From an uncultured Sphingomonas sp. (GTDB lineage: Bacteria > Pseudomonadota > Alphaproteobacteria > Sphingomonadales > Sphingomonadaceae), in NCBI GenBank assembly GCA_964430865.1, contig CAYSHL010000001.1, positions 3,946 to 67,945 of the forward strand: DNA of 64,000 nt. The letters are read 5' to 3'. Made by a program: the position numbers and the translations under genes. The notes under the pieces were generated by a model. That model had not been told where the DNA came from. It did not search any database and saw only the letters and a list, made by a program, of their open reading frames with translations. Positions within the stretch are counted from its first letter, which is position 1. Each line of letters begins with the position of its first letter. Positions 21,901 to 32,519 of this stretch are shown here, piece after piece.

Positions 21901-22209
21901 ATGGCAAGTGATCCGCTGGCGCTCGTCCGAGGACAGATCGGGCTGCGCATCGCCGAGATCCAGGATCGCGGCCCGCGCCTGTCGCCCCTCGACCTTTACG
22001 CCCGGATGGACGCGATCCGCGAGATGGCCGCCGAGCACGGCATGACCGCGCTGGAAGGCCTTGCCCGCTGCACGGCTCAGCGCGCGCTGCTGCCCGGTTG
22101 CCGGGTGGCGATGCAGTCTTGCCTCGAGCATGTCGACGAGGCGCTCGACAGCCATTCGCCCGGCGACTGCACGGCGATCCTCGCGGCGCTCGCGGTGCGG
22201 TTGCACTAG
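21901..22209 (+). CDS. Small helical hypothetical protein
   Basis: 102 aa with host-like codon usage; AAGGAAGG upstream. Confidence 0.75.
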   Translation: MASDPLALVRGQIGLRIAEIQDRGPRLSPLDLYARMDAIREMAAEHGMTALEGLARCTAQRALLPGCRVAMQSCLEHVDEALDSHSPGDCTAILAALAVRLH

Positions 22210-22211
22210 TT

Positions 22212-22354
22212 CCCCCTCCCCTTGATGGGGAGGGGTAGGGGTGGGGTGGAGTCTCCGGAGAGTCGGGGCAGCGCCATCGCCAACCCCACCCAACCCTCCC
22301 CCATCACTCGGCCCCACGAAAGTAGTACTTTCGTGGGTACCCTCAGGGGGAGGG
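22212..22354. repeat. Family A palindromic repeat carrying a nested 38-bp element
   Basis: Collinear with the reverse complement of the 19393-19497 copy, plus an insert at 22307-22344. Confidence 0.88.
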
Positions 22355-22396
22355 CTTTGAAGGCACCGCCGTCTCGCTCGCGCATTATCCACCGCG

Positions 22397-23992
22397 ATGC
22401 GCGCTTTTTCCCAGCTGCTCGACGACCTCGTCTACACCCGCTCGCGCAACACCAAATTGAAGCTGATCGGCGATTATCTCAAGGAGACGCCGGACCCCGA
22501 CCGCGGCATCGCGCTCGCGGCGCTGACCGGCGGGCTCGACATTCCGCACGTCAAGCCGGCCGCGATCCGCGGGCTGATCGAAGAGCGGGTCGACCCGGTG
22601 CTGTTCCACATGAGCCGCGATTATGTCGGCGACACCGCCGAGACGGTGGCCCTGCTGTGGCCGGTGCCGGAAGGTGAGCCGGAGGTGGACGACGCGACGG
22701 TCGGCATCGCCGACGCGGTCGAGCGGCTTCGCGGGGCGAGCCGGATGGACGCGCCCAAAGTATTGGCGGGGATGCTCGATCATCTCGACGCGTCGGGGCG
22801 GTATGCCTTGCTCAAGCTGGCGACCGGCGAGCTCCGGGTCGGGATCAACGCGCGGCTCGCCAAGCAGGCGCTGGCCAATGCGTTCGGGCTCGACGTCGAT
22901 GCGGTCGAGGAGGTGTGGCACGGGATTGCGCCGCCTTATTCGGAGCTGTTCGACTGGGCCGAGGGGCGCGGCGCGCAGCCGGTTGCGAGCGACCTGCCGG
23001 TGTTCCGCCCGTTCATGCTCGCCCACCCGCTCGAGGACGCCAAGCTGTCGATCGAGGAGTTCGCCGCCGAGTGGAAGTGGGACGGTATCCGGGTCCAGCT
23101 GGTCCATGCCGGCGGAGCGACGCGGCTCTACAGCCGGACCGGCGACGACATTTCCGGCAGCTTTCCCGATGTCGCCGCGGCGTTCGGCGTTCGCGGAGTG
23201 CTCGACGGCGAGCTGCTGGTGCGGGGGGCTGAGCAAGGCGCGGACCAACATGGCGGAGCGGCGGCGACCTTCAACGCGCTCCAGCAAAGGCTCGGCCGCA
23301 AGAACGTCAGCGCCAAGATTCAGGGCGAGTATCCGGCGTTCGTCCGGCTCTACGACATCTTGTTCGACGGCGAGGAGGATTTGCGCGCGCTGCCGTGGAC
23401 CGAGCGCCGCGCCCGGCTCGAGCCGTTCGTCACCAGGCTCGACCCCCAGCGGTTCGACCTGTCGCAGCTGATCGAGGCGAAGAGTTTCGACGAGCTCGAG
23501 GAGCTTCGCGCCGGCGCCCGCGATGCGGCGATCGAGGGGATGATGCTCAAGCGCCGCGACAGCCCTTACGTCGCGGGGCGGCGGACCGGCCTGTGGTACA
23601 AGTGGAAGCGCGACCCGCTGACCGCCGATTGCGTGCTGATGTACGCGCAGCGTGGGTCGGGGAAACGGTCGAGCTATTATTCGGACTACACGTTCGGCTG
23701 CTGGACCGAGGACGGGGAGCTGCTGCCGGTCGGCAAGGCCTATTTCGGCTTCACCGACGAGGAGCTGAAATGGCTCGACAATTTCGTCCGGCGCAACACC
23801 GTCGAGCGCTTCGGGCCGGTCCGCGAGGTCGCCAAGACGCTGGTGCTGGAGGTCGCGTTCGATTCGATCCATCTGAGCAAGCGCCACAAGTCCGGGCTGG
23901 CGATGCGCTTTCCGAGGATCAGCCGAATTCGCACCGACAAGCCGGCCGACGAGGCCGACCGAATCGCGACGCTGGCGGCGATGGTGACTTGA
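22397..23992 (+). CDS. ATP-dependent DNA ligase (DNA damage response type)
   Basis: EWKWDGIRVQ, LDGELL, EGMMLKR, WYKWK, MRFPRI. Confidence 0.93.
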   Translation: MRAFSQLLDDLVYTRSRNTKLKLIGDYLKETPDPDRGIALAALTGGLDIPHVKPAAIRGLIEERVDPVLFHMSRDYVGDTAETVALLWPVPEGEPEVDDATVGIADAVERLRGASRMDAPKVLAGMLDHLDASGRYALLKLATGELRVGINARLAKQALANAFGLDVDAVEEVWHGIAPPYSELFDWAEGRGAQPVASDLPVFRPFMLAHPLEDAKLSIEEFAAEWKWDGIRVQLVHAGGATRLYSRTGDDISGSFPDVAAAFGVRGVLDGELLVRGAEQGADQHGGAAATFNALQQRLGRKNVSAKIQGEYPAFVRLYDILFDGEEDLRALPWTERRARLEPFVTRLDPQRFDLSQLIEAKSFDELEELRAGARDAAIEGMMLKRRDSPYVAGRRTGLWYKWKRDPLTADCVLMYAQRGSGKRSSYYSDYTFGCWTEDGELLPVGKAYFGFTDEELKWLDNFVRRNTVERFGPVREVAKTLVLEVAFDSIHLSKRHKSGLAMRFPRISRIRTDKPADEADRIATLAAMVT

Positions 23993-24036
23993 AGGCTTGA
24001 GCGCCCGCGCTAGGGTCGAGTGACGGGGGGGCAATC

Positions 24037-25308
24037 ATGAAAAAACTCATTCTCGCGGGCATTGCGTTGCTGTCGGCATCGGCGGCTTCAGCCGAGACGT
24101 ACGCGGTGCAAGCCGGCCGGCTGATCGTCGACGCTGGCAAGCCGGCGCTCGGGCCGTCGACGGTGATCGTCGAGAACGGCCGCATCAGCCGCATCGAGCC
24201 GGGCGCGACGGCGCCGGCCGAAGCGACCGTCGTCGACATGCGCGGCCGCACCGTGATGCCGGGGCTGATCGACGCGCACGTCCATCTGACCGGCGATCCC
24301 GGCACTCCGTTCTGGCGCGAGGCGATCGATTCGAACGAGCAGGCGGCGATCACCGGGGTCAAGAATGCGCTGCTGACCGCGCGCGCCGGCTTCACCACCG
24401 TGCGCGACCTCGGCGCCCCCGGCGACTCCAGTTTTGCACTGCGCGACGCGATCCGCGATGGCATCGTCCCGGGCCCGCGGATCGTCGCGTCGGGCGGAGC
24501 GCTGTCGATCGTCGGCGGCCACGGCGACGTCAGCGGCTTCCGGCCCGAGGTCAACGCGGCGCTCGACCCCGGCGGCACCTGCACCGGCCCCGACCAATGC
24601 GCGCTGCGGGTCCGCGAATGGGCCAAGCGCGGCTCCGACGTGATCAAGATCACCTCGACCGGCGGGGTGCTCAGCCAGCAGGGCCGCGGGCTCGAGGGCC
24701 ATTTCGACCCGGCCGAAATCCGCGCCATCACCACCACCGCTCACCGGCTCGGCCTCAAGGTCGCCGCCCATGCCCACGGAGCGCGGGGAATCGAGGACGC
24801 GGCGCGCGCCGGAGTCGATTCGATCGATCACGGCACGTTCGCCGATGCGACCGCGCTTCGGGAGATGAAGGCCAAGGGGACGTGGCTGGTGCCAACGCTG
24901 ATGGCGTTCACCGGGCTCCGCGACCGGATCGGCAAGAACATCTACACGCCGGTCGTAGAGGGAAAGGCGCGCCAGGCGCTGGGCTTGTGGGGCACCGCTC
25001 TGAGCGCCGCGCACCGGGCCGGGGTCAAGATCGCCTTTGGCACCGATTCGGGAGTGTTCGAGCACGGCCGCAACGGCGAGGAGGCGGAGCTGATGGTGCG
25101 GCTCGGCGGAATGTCCCCGCGCGCGGTGATGGTCTCGGCGACCACCGGCGCGGCCGAGCTGCTCGGGCTGTCGAACGAGGTCGGAACGCTCGATCCCGGC
25201 AAGTCCGCCGACCTGATCGCGGTCGACGGCGACCCGCTGACCGACCCCAGGGCGGTCACCCGAGTCGGTTATGTGATGGTGATGGGCAAGCCGGTGCCGA
25301 TGCGCTGA
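24037..25308 (+). CDS. Metal-dependent amidohydrolase (Xaa-Pro dipeptidase-like), exported
   Basis: PGLIDAHVH, GFTTVRD, AAHAHG, SIDHG, AFGTD. Confidence 0.9.
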   Translation: MKKLILAGIALLSASAASAETYAVQAGRLIVDAGKPALGPSTVIVENGRISRIEPGATAPAEATVVDMRGRTVMPGLIDAHVHLTGDPGTPFWREAIDSNEQAAITGVKNALLTARAGFTTVRDLGAPGDSSFALRDAIRDGIVPGPRIVASGGALSIVGGHGDVSGFRPEVNAALDPGGTCTGPDQCALRVREWAKRGSDVIKITSTGGVLSQQGRGLEGHFDPAEIRAITTTAHRLGLKVAAHAHGARGIEDAARAGVDSIDHGTFADATALREMKAKGTWLVPTLMAFTGLRDRIGKNIYTPVVEGKARQALGLWGTALSAAHRAGVKIAFGTDSGVFEHGRNGEEAELMVRLGGMSPRAVMVSATTGAAELLGLSNEVGTLDPGKSADLIAVDGDPLTDPRAVTRVGYVMVMGKPVPMR

Positions 25309-25323
25309 GGGCATAAAGGAAAA

Positions 25324-25352
25324 CGCCCGCCCGGCGCTTTGCCGGACGGGCG
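25324..25352. terminator. Hairpin terminator between convergent genes
   Basis: cgcccgcccggc-gcttt-gccggacgggcg preceded by an A-run (U-tract on the minus strand). Confidence 0.7.
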
Positions 25353-25374
25353 CCTTGCCCCACACTTATTGCAA

Positions 25375-26226
<852 letters not shown>

Positions 26227-26457
26227 GCCCGTCCAAACTTCCTTGTGCCCGTACCAATCAAAACCAACGCGCTGGGCCCATAAGGCGCAACCGGTCGCGG
26301 CGCGATCTGCTCACGCACCGTTCACGGCCTTACAGGAAAAACAGAGCCTTCTCTAGTGACTCAATGGGTCTAGGGGTGGCAACCGCTGCGCAACAGCGAC
26401 TAGAGTGCCGATGTGGAGTGCGCGTGGCGGCGGCGGCGAACGGTTAAGGACGATTGA

Positions 26458-27081
26458 ATGACCATCCATCTGCACCAGGAGGACCTGCCCGCCGACGTCG
26501 CTTTCGCCGACGGGCCGATCGCCGTCGACACCGAGGCGATGGGCCTGGTGCCGGGCCGCGACCGACTGTGCCTGGTCCAGCTCGCCGACGGCAAGGGCGA
26601 CGAGCATCTCGTCCGCTTCGCCCAGGGCAGCGATTATTCGGCGCCCAATCTGAAGGCGCTGCTGAGCGACCGCAACCGGCTCAAGCTCTACCATTTCGCG
26701 CGCTTCGACGTCGCCGCCATGCGCGCCTACTTGGGGATCATCGCCGCACCGCTTTATTGCACCCGCACCGCGTCGCGGCTGGTGCGCACCTACACCGACC
26801 GCCACGGGCTCAAGGATCTGGTCAAGGAGCTGCTGTGCATCGAGATTTCCAAGCAGCAGCAGACCAGCGACTGGGGCGCCGACGAGCTCAGCGACGCGCA
26901 GCGCGAATATGCGGCCAGCGATGTGCGCTTCCTTCACCAGCTGAAGGAGAAGCTCGACGAGCGGCTGGCGCGCGAGAACCGGATGGAGCTCGCCCAGGCG
27001 TGCTTCGATTTCCTCCCCCACCGGGCGCTGCTCGACCTCGCCGGCTGGGCCGAGCAGGACGTGTTCGCGCATGACGGCTGA
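26458..27081 (+). CDS. rnd: Ribonuclease D-like 3'-5' exonuclease
   Basis: AVDTE, RLCLVQ, HFARFD, SDWG, YAASDV. Confidence 0.88.
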   Translation: MTIHLHQEDLPADVAFADGPIAVDTEAMGLVPGRDRLCLVQLADGKGDEHLVRFAQGSDYSAPNLKALLSDRNRLKLYHFARFDVAAMRAYLGIIAAPLYCTRTASRLVRTYTDRHGLKDLVKELLCIEISKQQQTSDWGADELSDAQREYAASDVRFLHQLKEKLDERLARENRMELAQACFDFLPHRALLDLAGWAEQDVFAHDG

Positions 27082-27089
27082 GGCGCCAT

Positions 27090-27725
27090 ATGTCTGAAGC
27101 CGCAACCCGCGAGCGGCTGTTCCGCCAGCATTGGGCGGTGCCGGGCAGCAGCCACGACCGGCTGGTGCGCTTCGCCAAGATCGCGCTGCCGAGCGCGGTC
27201 GGGGCGCTGATCGCGATCCTCGCCTTCGCCCCGCTCGACAAGGAAGGCGACGCCAGCTTCATCCTCGACAAGAACCAGGTCGACAATGCGCCCGAGCGGA
27301 TGCGGGTCGAGGCGGCGCGCTACGTCGGCGCGGACAATCGCGGCCAGCGATTCTCGATCGAGGCGGCGTCCGCGATCCAGCGCCGCTCCGACGTGCCGGT
27401 CGTCGACATCAACGGAATGACCGCGCGGCTCGGGCTGGCGCAGGGGCCGCTGGTGATCCTCGCCAACCACGCGCGCTACGACCTCGACGAGCAGAAGGTT
27501 GCGGTCAGCGGGCCGGTGCGGGTCGTCGGGCCCGACGGCTACCGGCTCGAAACGCGCGACGTATCGGTCGATTTGAAGCAGCGGCGGCTGACCAACACCG
27601 GGCCGGTGTTTGGAGCGATGCGGCTCGGCCAGTTCCGGGCGAACAGCATCAGCGCCGACCTCGGCGAGCGCACGGTGGTGCTCCACGGGGCTCGCTTGAA
27701 AATCGTCCAGGGCGGGGTCAGATGA
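27090..27725 (+). CDS. lptC: LPS export periplasmic protein LptC
   Basis: Single N-terminal TM plus beta-rich domain; upstream of lptA-lptB. Confidence 0.82.
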   Translation: MSEAATRERLFRQHWAVPGSSHDRLVRFAKIALPSAVGALIAILAFAPLDKEGDASFILDKNQVDNAPERMRVEAARYVGADNRGQRFSIEAASAIQRRSDVPVVDINGMTARLGLAQGPLVILANHARYDLDEQKVAVSGPVRVVGPDGYRLETRDVSVDLKQRRLTNTGPVFGAMRLGQFRANSISADLGERTVVLHGARLKIVQGGVR

Positions 27726-28258
27726 TCCCGATGCGCCGGCACGCCCTTTTGTTCTGCGTCGCAGCGGCGCTCGCCGGCGCCGCCGGATTCGCTCAGGGCA
27801 AGGACCCCGTGTCGGCGCTTCGCGGCCACGACAGCAACGCTCCGATCGACGTCGACGCCGACCGCATCGAAGTCCAGGACCGCGCCGACCGCGCGATCTT
27901 CGCCGGCAACGTCAAGGTCCGCCAGGCGAGCCTGTCGCTCGACACCGAGCGGCTGACGGTCGCTTATTCGAGCAGCGGCGGGATCCAGATCCGCCGCCTC
28001 GACGCCGCCGGCGGAGTCGTCGTCCGGAGCCCGTCCGAAACCGCGCGCGGCAATTTCGGCATCTACGACCTCGACAAGAGATTGATCACCCTGGTCGGCG
28101 ACGTGCAGCTGCGCCGCGCCGGATCGCAGGTGATGGGATCGCGGCTGGTCATCGACCTGCAGTCGGGCCGGGCGGTGATCGACGGCGGAGCGCCCGGGGT
28201 CGGCCAGCGCGGCGGGCGGGTGACCGGCCGGTTCACGGTTCCGCAGCGGGACCGCTGA
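27722..28258 (+). CDS. lptA: LptA/OstA family protein
   Basis: PIDVDADRIE, AIFAGNVKVRQ, GRVTGRF. Confidence 0.88.
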   Translation: MIPMRRHALLFCVAAALAGAAGFAQGKDPVSALRGHDSNAPIDVDADRIEVQDRADRAIFAGNVKVRQASLSLDTERLTVAYSSSGGIQIRRLDAAGGVVVRSPSETARGNFGIYDLDKRLITLVGDVQLRRAGSQVMGSRLVIDLQSGRAVIDGGAPGVGQRGGRVTGRFTVPQRDR

Positions 28259-28266
28259 GGCCCGCG

Positions 28267-29052
28267 ATGAACGAGGCGGCGACCTTCGCCCAGACGGCGA
28301 GCGAGCCCACGCTTGCGCCTGAAAATATTGTCGCCGGGCTCGATGTCCGCTCGATCGCCAAGGCCTACGACCGGCGAGCGGTGCTCCACGACGTCTCGCT
28401 GTCGGTGTCGCGCGGCGAGGTCGTCGGGCTGCTCGGCCCGAACGGCGCCGGCAAGACGACCTGTTTTTATTCGATCATGGGGCTGGTGAAGCCCGACAGC
28501 GGCCGGATTTTCCTCGACGGTCAGGAGATCACCGACCTGCCGATGTACCGCCGGGCGATTCTCGGCATCGGCTATCTGCCGCAGGAGACCTCGATCTTCC
28601 GCGGCCTCACGGTCGAGCAGAACATCCGCGCGGTGCTCGAGGTCTCAGAGCCGGACAAAGGCGCGCGCATGGCCCGCTTGGAAAAGCTGCTCGGCGAGTT
28701 CGGGCTGAGCGGCTTGCGCGATTCGCCCGCATTGGCGCTGTCGGGGGGCGAGCGGCGGCGCTGCGAGATTGCCCGGTCGCTGGCCGCCGACCCGTCAATC
28801 ATGCTGCTCGACGAGCCGTTTGCCGGAATCGACCCGATCTCGATCTCCGACATCCGCGACCTGGTGCGCGAGTTGAAGCAGCGCGACATCGGCGTCCTGA
28901 TCACCGATCACAACGTCCGCGAGACGCTCGACATCGTCGACCGCGCCTGCATCATCTACGATGGCCAGGTGCTGTTCCAGGGCACGCCGCAGGCATTGGT
29001 CGCCGACCAGGAGGTCCGCCGGCTCTACCTCGGCGAGAGCTTCGCGCTCTAG
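28267..29052 (+). CDS. lptB: LPS export ABC ATPase
   Basis: GPNGAGKTT, YLPQE.SIF, LSGGERRR, LLDEPFAG, ITDHNVRETL. Confidence 0.96.
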   Translation: MNEAATFAQTASEPTLAPENIVAGLDVRSIAKAYDRRAVLHDVSLSVSRGEVVGLLGPNGAGKTTCFYSIMGLVKPDSGRIFLDGQEITDLPMYRRAILGIGYLPQETSIFRGLTVEQNIRAVLEVSEPDKGARMARLEKLLGEFGLSGLRDSPALALSGGERRRCEIARSLAADPSIMLLDEPFAGIDPISISDIRDLVRELKQRDIGVLITDHNVRETLDIVDRACIIYDGQVLFQGTPQALVADQEVRRLYLGESFAL

Positions 29053-29064
29053 CGGGGCGCGGAC

Positions 29065-30543
29065 GTGGGTCTCGGTCCAAGCCTAGGAATTCGGCAAAGC
29101 CAGTCGCTGGTGCTGACGCCCCAGCTGACCCAGGCGATCAAGCTGCTGCAGTTGAGCAACCTCGAGCTCGAAGCCTTCATCGCCGAGGAGATGTCGAAGA
29201 ACCCGCTGATCGAGTCGCTTGGCGGCGAGGAGGAAGGCGAGGGACCCGTCGCCGCGCCGGTTGCCGTTGCGGCCGATGCCGGGAGCGATGAACCGCCGGC
29301 CGATCCCGGCGCGGACGAGCTGATCGCCTCTCTCGCCGGAAGCGACGACCAGCCGCTCGACATCGACTGGAACGAGCAGGCGCTGGAAGTCGACAGCTTC
29401 GCCGATGTCGGAGGATCGAGCGGCGGCGGTGACGAGGGCTTCGATTTCGACCGGCTCGAGGCCGGCGGGACATCGCTCGGCGAGCATCTCCTCGCCCAGC
29501 TGCACGGGCTCGGCGGGCCGGAAGGCGAGCTGGCGCGGGCAATCGCCGAGCTGCTCGAGGAGACCGGTTATCTGACCGTTCCGCTGGCCGACATCGCCGG
29601 CGACCATGGCGTCACCCGGGCCGAGGCCGAGCGCGCGCTGGCCATCGTCCAGGACCTCGACCCGCCCGGCATCGGCGCGCGCAACCTTGCCGAATGCCTG
29701 GCGCTGCAGGCCAAGGCGGCCGACCGCTACGACCCGGCGATGGCGCGACTGATCGACAATCTCGAGTTGCTGTCGCGCGGCCAGATGGCGGCCTTGAAGC
29801 GGATCTGCGGAGTCGACGACGAGGACTTGACCGACATGGTCCGCGAGCTGCGCGCCTACGACCCCAAGCCGGGCTGCCGATTTTCCAACGAGGGCAGCGA
29901 CAGCGTCACTCCCGACGTGTTCGTGCGGCGAACCGCGCAAGGCTATGCGGTCGAATTGAACGGCGCGACCTTGCCGCGGCTGCTGGTCAACCGGCGCTAT
30001 TATCAGGAGCTTCGGAGCGGTCCGCAGGACAAGGCGTCGAAGGCCTGGCTGAGCGAGTGCCTGATGACCGCCAACTGGCTGGTCAAGGCGCTCGACCAGC
30101 GCGCCCGGACGATCGTCAAGGTGGTGTCGGAAATCGTCAAGCGGCAGCAGGGATTCTTCGAAAAGGGCGTCAGCGGGTTGAAGCCGCTCACCCTGCGCGA
30201 GGTCGGCGAGGCGATCGAGATGCACGAATCGACGATCAGCCGGGTAACCTCGAACAAATATATGCTGTGCGACCGCGGGCTGTACGAGCTCAAATATTTC
30301 TTCTCGTCGGGGGTCGCGTCGAGCGACGAGGGCGGCGAGGGCGCCGCGGCGGGAGCGGTCAAGGCGGCGATCGGCGAGCTGATCGCGGCGGAGACCGAGA
30401 TCCTCAGCGACGACATTCTGGTCGATTTGCTCAAGGAGCGCGGCTTCGACGTCGCCCGGCGAACGGTCGCCAAATACCGCGAGGCGATGGGTATCGGCTC
30501 GTCGATCCAGCGGCGGCGGGAGCGGAAGATCAGCGGCAAATAG
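29065..30543 (+). CDS. rpoN: RNA polymerase sigma-54
   Basis: TPQLTQAIKLLQL, HESTISR, RpoN box ARRTVAKYRE. Confidence 0.97.
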   Translation: MGLGPSLGIRQSQSLVLTPQLTQAIKLLQLSNLELEAFIAEEMSKNPLIESLGGEEEGEGPVAAPVAVAADAGSDEPPADPGADELIASLAGSDDQPLDIDWNEQALEVDSFADVGGSSGGGDEGFDFDRLEAGGTSLGEHLLAQLHGLGGPEGELARAIAELLEETGYLTVPLADIAGDHGVTRAEAERALAIVQDLDPPGIGARNLAECLALQAKAADRYDPAMARLIDNLELLSRGQMAALKRICGVDDEDLTDMVRELRAYDPKPGCRFSNEGSDSVTPDVFVRRTAQGYAVELNGATLPRLLVNRRYYQELRSGPQDKASKAWLSECLMTANWLVKALDQRARTIVKVVSEIVKRQQGFFEKGVSGLKPLTLREVGEAIEMHESTISRVTSNKYMLCDRGLYELKYFFSSGVASSDEGGEGAAAGAVKAAIGELIAAETEILSDDILVDLLKERGFDVARRTVAKYREAMGIGSSIQRRRERKISGK

Positions 30544-30544
30544 T

Positions 30545-30607
30545 TTCCCGGCGAAGGCCGGGATCCAGCGAACAAATAAATCCTGGGCCCCGGCCTTCGC
30601 CGGGGAA
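30545..30607. repeat. Family D palindromic repeat between convergent genes
   Basis: cccggcgaaggccggg ... cccggccttcgccggg. Confidence 0.8.
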
Positions 30608-30616
30608 CAGTCCGGC

Positions 30617-31402
30617 TCAAACCGAAATCCGCGCCCACACCGGCAAATGATCCGACGCCCGCTTCGACGCGGCGCTCAGGTGCACTCCGGCGGCCTCGAT
30701 CCTGAGGTCGGTGTGGACGATGATCCGGTCGAGACAGGCGACCGGCGCGCGCGAATGGAAGCTCGGGCCGGTCGGTGCGACCTGGAACTGCGGGCCGATT
30801 TCCTTGAGGCAGCCGTTGACCTCGCGCCAGTCGTTGGTGTCGCCCATCAGCACCGTCGGCATCTTGTGCACCCGAGCGGCGATCGCGTGGAGGATGGCGC
30901 GCATCTGCCGCCGCCGCCACAGCCCGCTCAAGTCGAGGTGCATGCCGATCACCCGCAATGGCTTGTCGCCGATCAGCAGCTCGGCCAGCACCGCTCCGCG
31001 CGGCTCCAGTGTCGGCAGGTCGATCGCCGAGACGTCGAGCACCCCGATATCGCGCTTCACCAGCAGCGCATTGCCGTGCCAGCCGATGTTGCGGGTGCGC
31101 AGCTTGATCAGTTTCTCGGCCTTGTCGCCGAGCCCGCCGGGGATGCGCTCGAGGGTGCGGCGGTGGCGCAGGCCGAACTGCACCGGCTTGTAGAGGCCGT
31201 GCTCGTCGATCAGCTCGTGGGGGACCGCCGAGGCGCGCCCGCCGAAGCGCTTGTCGGCTTCCTGCAGCGCGACGACGTCGGCGCCGATCTCGCGCAGAAC
31301 GTCGAGCACCCGATGCGGATCGCGCCGCCGGTCGGTGCCGATCGCTTTGCGCATATTGTAGCTGGCGACGGTGATGGTCGGCGGAGTGGGCGGTGTCGGC
31401 AT
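30617..31402 (-). CDS. Endonuclease/exonuclease/phosphatase (EEP) family protein, intact copy
   Basis: VASYN, VALQE, HLDL, MGDTN, LDRI, ASDHLPV. Confidence 0.92.
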   Translation of the reverse strand: MPTPPTPPTITVASYNMRKAIGTDRRRDPHRVLDVLREIGADVVALQEADKRFGGRASAVPHELIDEHGLYKPVQFGLRHRRTLERIPGGLGDKAEKLIKLRTRNIGWHGNALLVKRDIGVLDVSAIDLPTLEPRGAVLAELLIGDKPLRVIGMHLDLSGLWRRRQMRAILHAIAARVHKMPTVLMGDTNDWREVNGCLKEIGPQFQVAPTGPSFHSRAPVACLDRIIVHTDLRIEAAGVHLSAASKRASDHLPVWARISV

Positions 31403-31446
31403 TGCCGGCTCAATGGCGCGAACCGCCCGGCTTTCCAAGCTCCGCG

Positions 31447-32334
31447 CTAGGGGACGACGACCTCGGCGAGCACGCGCGCCCGGCCGTCCTGGGCAATCCG
31501 GCGGACGCGCATCCGGATCGGCTGGCCGCGGCGATAATCGCTCGCCTCGAGCACATAGACGGCGTCGCGGCTGGCGGTGACTCCGGTCGGGCCCCATCCC
31601 GCGGGGCTCGTCGCAACCACGCTGCGGCGCCCGCCGGCAAACCTCAGCACTCGCCGGTTGCGGTTCTCCGAGATGAGCACGCCGCCGGCCGGATCGACCG
31701 CGATCCCGAAGTTCTCGCGAGCGATGTTCTGCGCGAGGACACGCACTCGGCCCGCCGAATCGATTGCGCGGACGGCGTTGCCGTGCCGAAAAACGAAGCT
31801 GCCGTCGCGGGCCAAGGCGACGCCCGCGATGTCGTTGACCAGAGCGGGACGGAACAGCGCGTCGTCGCGTGCGCTCCCGAACAACCGCTGCGGCGCCCGG
31901 CCCGCACACAGGCGATGGACAAGGCTCGCCCCGCCGCGGCCGGCCTGGTCGGAGTGTAAGGTGCAGCCGTTGCGGTCACGGATGATGCCGACACCGCGCG
32001 TCAGGCGGGCGGCGGGCCCGAACCGGCGCGACAAGCGGTTTCCCGACAATTGCCAGACCGTCTCGACGTAGGATTCATCGGCCGAATTGTAGCGCGATTC
32101 ATCCCAGACGATGTTGCCGGAGGAATCGATGGCCATTGCATGGGTGTGGGTCCCGGGGTTGCTCCGAACCAGCCGCAGCCGATTGCCGTCGATGCGCCAG
32201 ACGCGGACGAGGTCGCTGAAATAGACCGTCCCGCCCCGGTCGATGACGATGCCGCGGGACGGGTGCGCGGCGGCGGTGGTTGCGGCGGGCAGGAGCATGA
32301 GCGCGGCGAGGACGGCCGTTCTGCGGCGAAGCAC
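31447..32334 (-). CDS. Secreted NHL-like beta-propeller protein
   Basis: Signal peptide (V)LRRRTAVLAALMLLPAATTAAA-HP; repeated GIxxDxxG blades; reading frame is continuous with the upstream EEP fragment to 32424. Confidence 0.75.
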   Translation of the reverse strand: MLRRRTAVLAALMLLPAATTAAAHPSRGIVIDRGGTVYFSDLVRVWRIDGNRLRLVRSNPGTHTHAMAIDSSGNIVWDESRYNSADESYVETVWQLSGNRLSRRFGPAARLTRGVGIIRDRNGCTLHSDQAGRGGASLVHRLCAGRAPQRLFGSARDDALFRPALVNDIAGVALARDGSFVFRHGNAVRAIDSAGRVRVLAQNIARENFGIAVDPAGGVLISENRNRRVLRFAGGRRSVVATSPAGWGPTGVTASRDAVYVLEASDYRRGQPIRMRVRRIAQDGRARVLAEVVVP

Positions 32335-32424
32335 GCCGAGTACCCGATGCGGAACGCGCCGCCGGTCGGTGCCGATCGCTTTCCGCATATTACAACTGGC
32401 GACGGTGATGGTGGGCGACGACAT
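32326..32424 (-). pseudogene. 5' fragment of the EEP gene (33 codons)
   Basis: MSSPTITVASCNMRKAIGTDRRRVPHRVLGVLR versus intact PTITVASYNMRKAIGTDRRRDPHRVLDVLR. Confidence 0.9.
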
Positions 32425-32480
32425 CGGTGCCGCTCATAGCGGGCGACGGGCAAGGTTTCGATAGGCGGTTGAAATGGCTA

Positions 32481-32494
32481 TTAGAGTATTCTAA
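32481..32494. promoter_or_regulatory. Putative ArsR/BigR operator TTAGA-N4-TCTAA
   Basis: Inverted repeat in an AT-rich patch 25 bp upstream of the ArsR gene. Confidence 0.55.
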
Positions 32495-32519
32495 ATTAGC
32501 TTTGCGTAATGGAGAGAGC

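Noticed and set aside
22397..23992. DNA ligase as a phage or NHEJ marker
   Set aside because: Ordinary alphaproteobacterial damage-response ligase with no Ku or phage genes nearby. Its usual helicase and nuclease partners are not in the window.
26444..26458. TTAA-N7-TGAA overlapping the rnd start as a CtrA box
   Set aside because: A mismatched single site that coincides with the RBS; evidence is insufficient.
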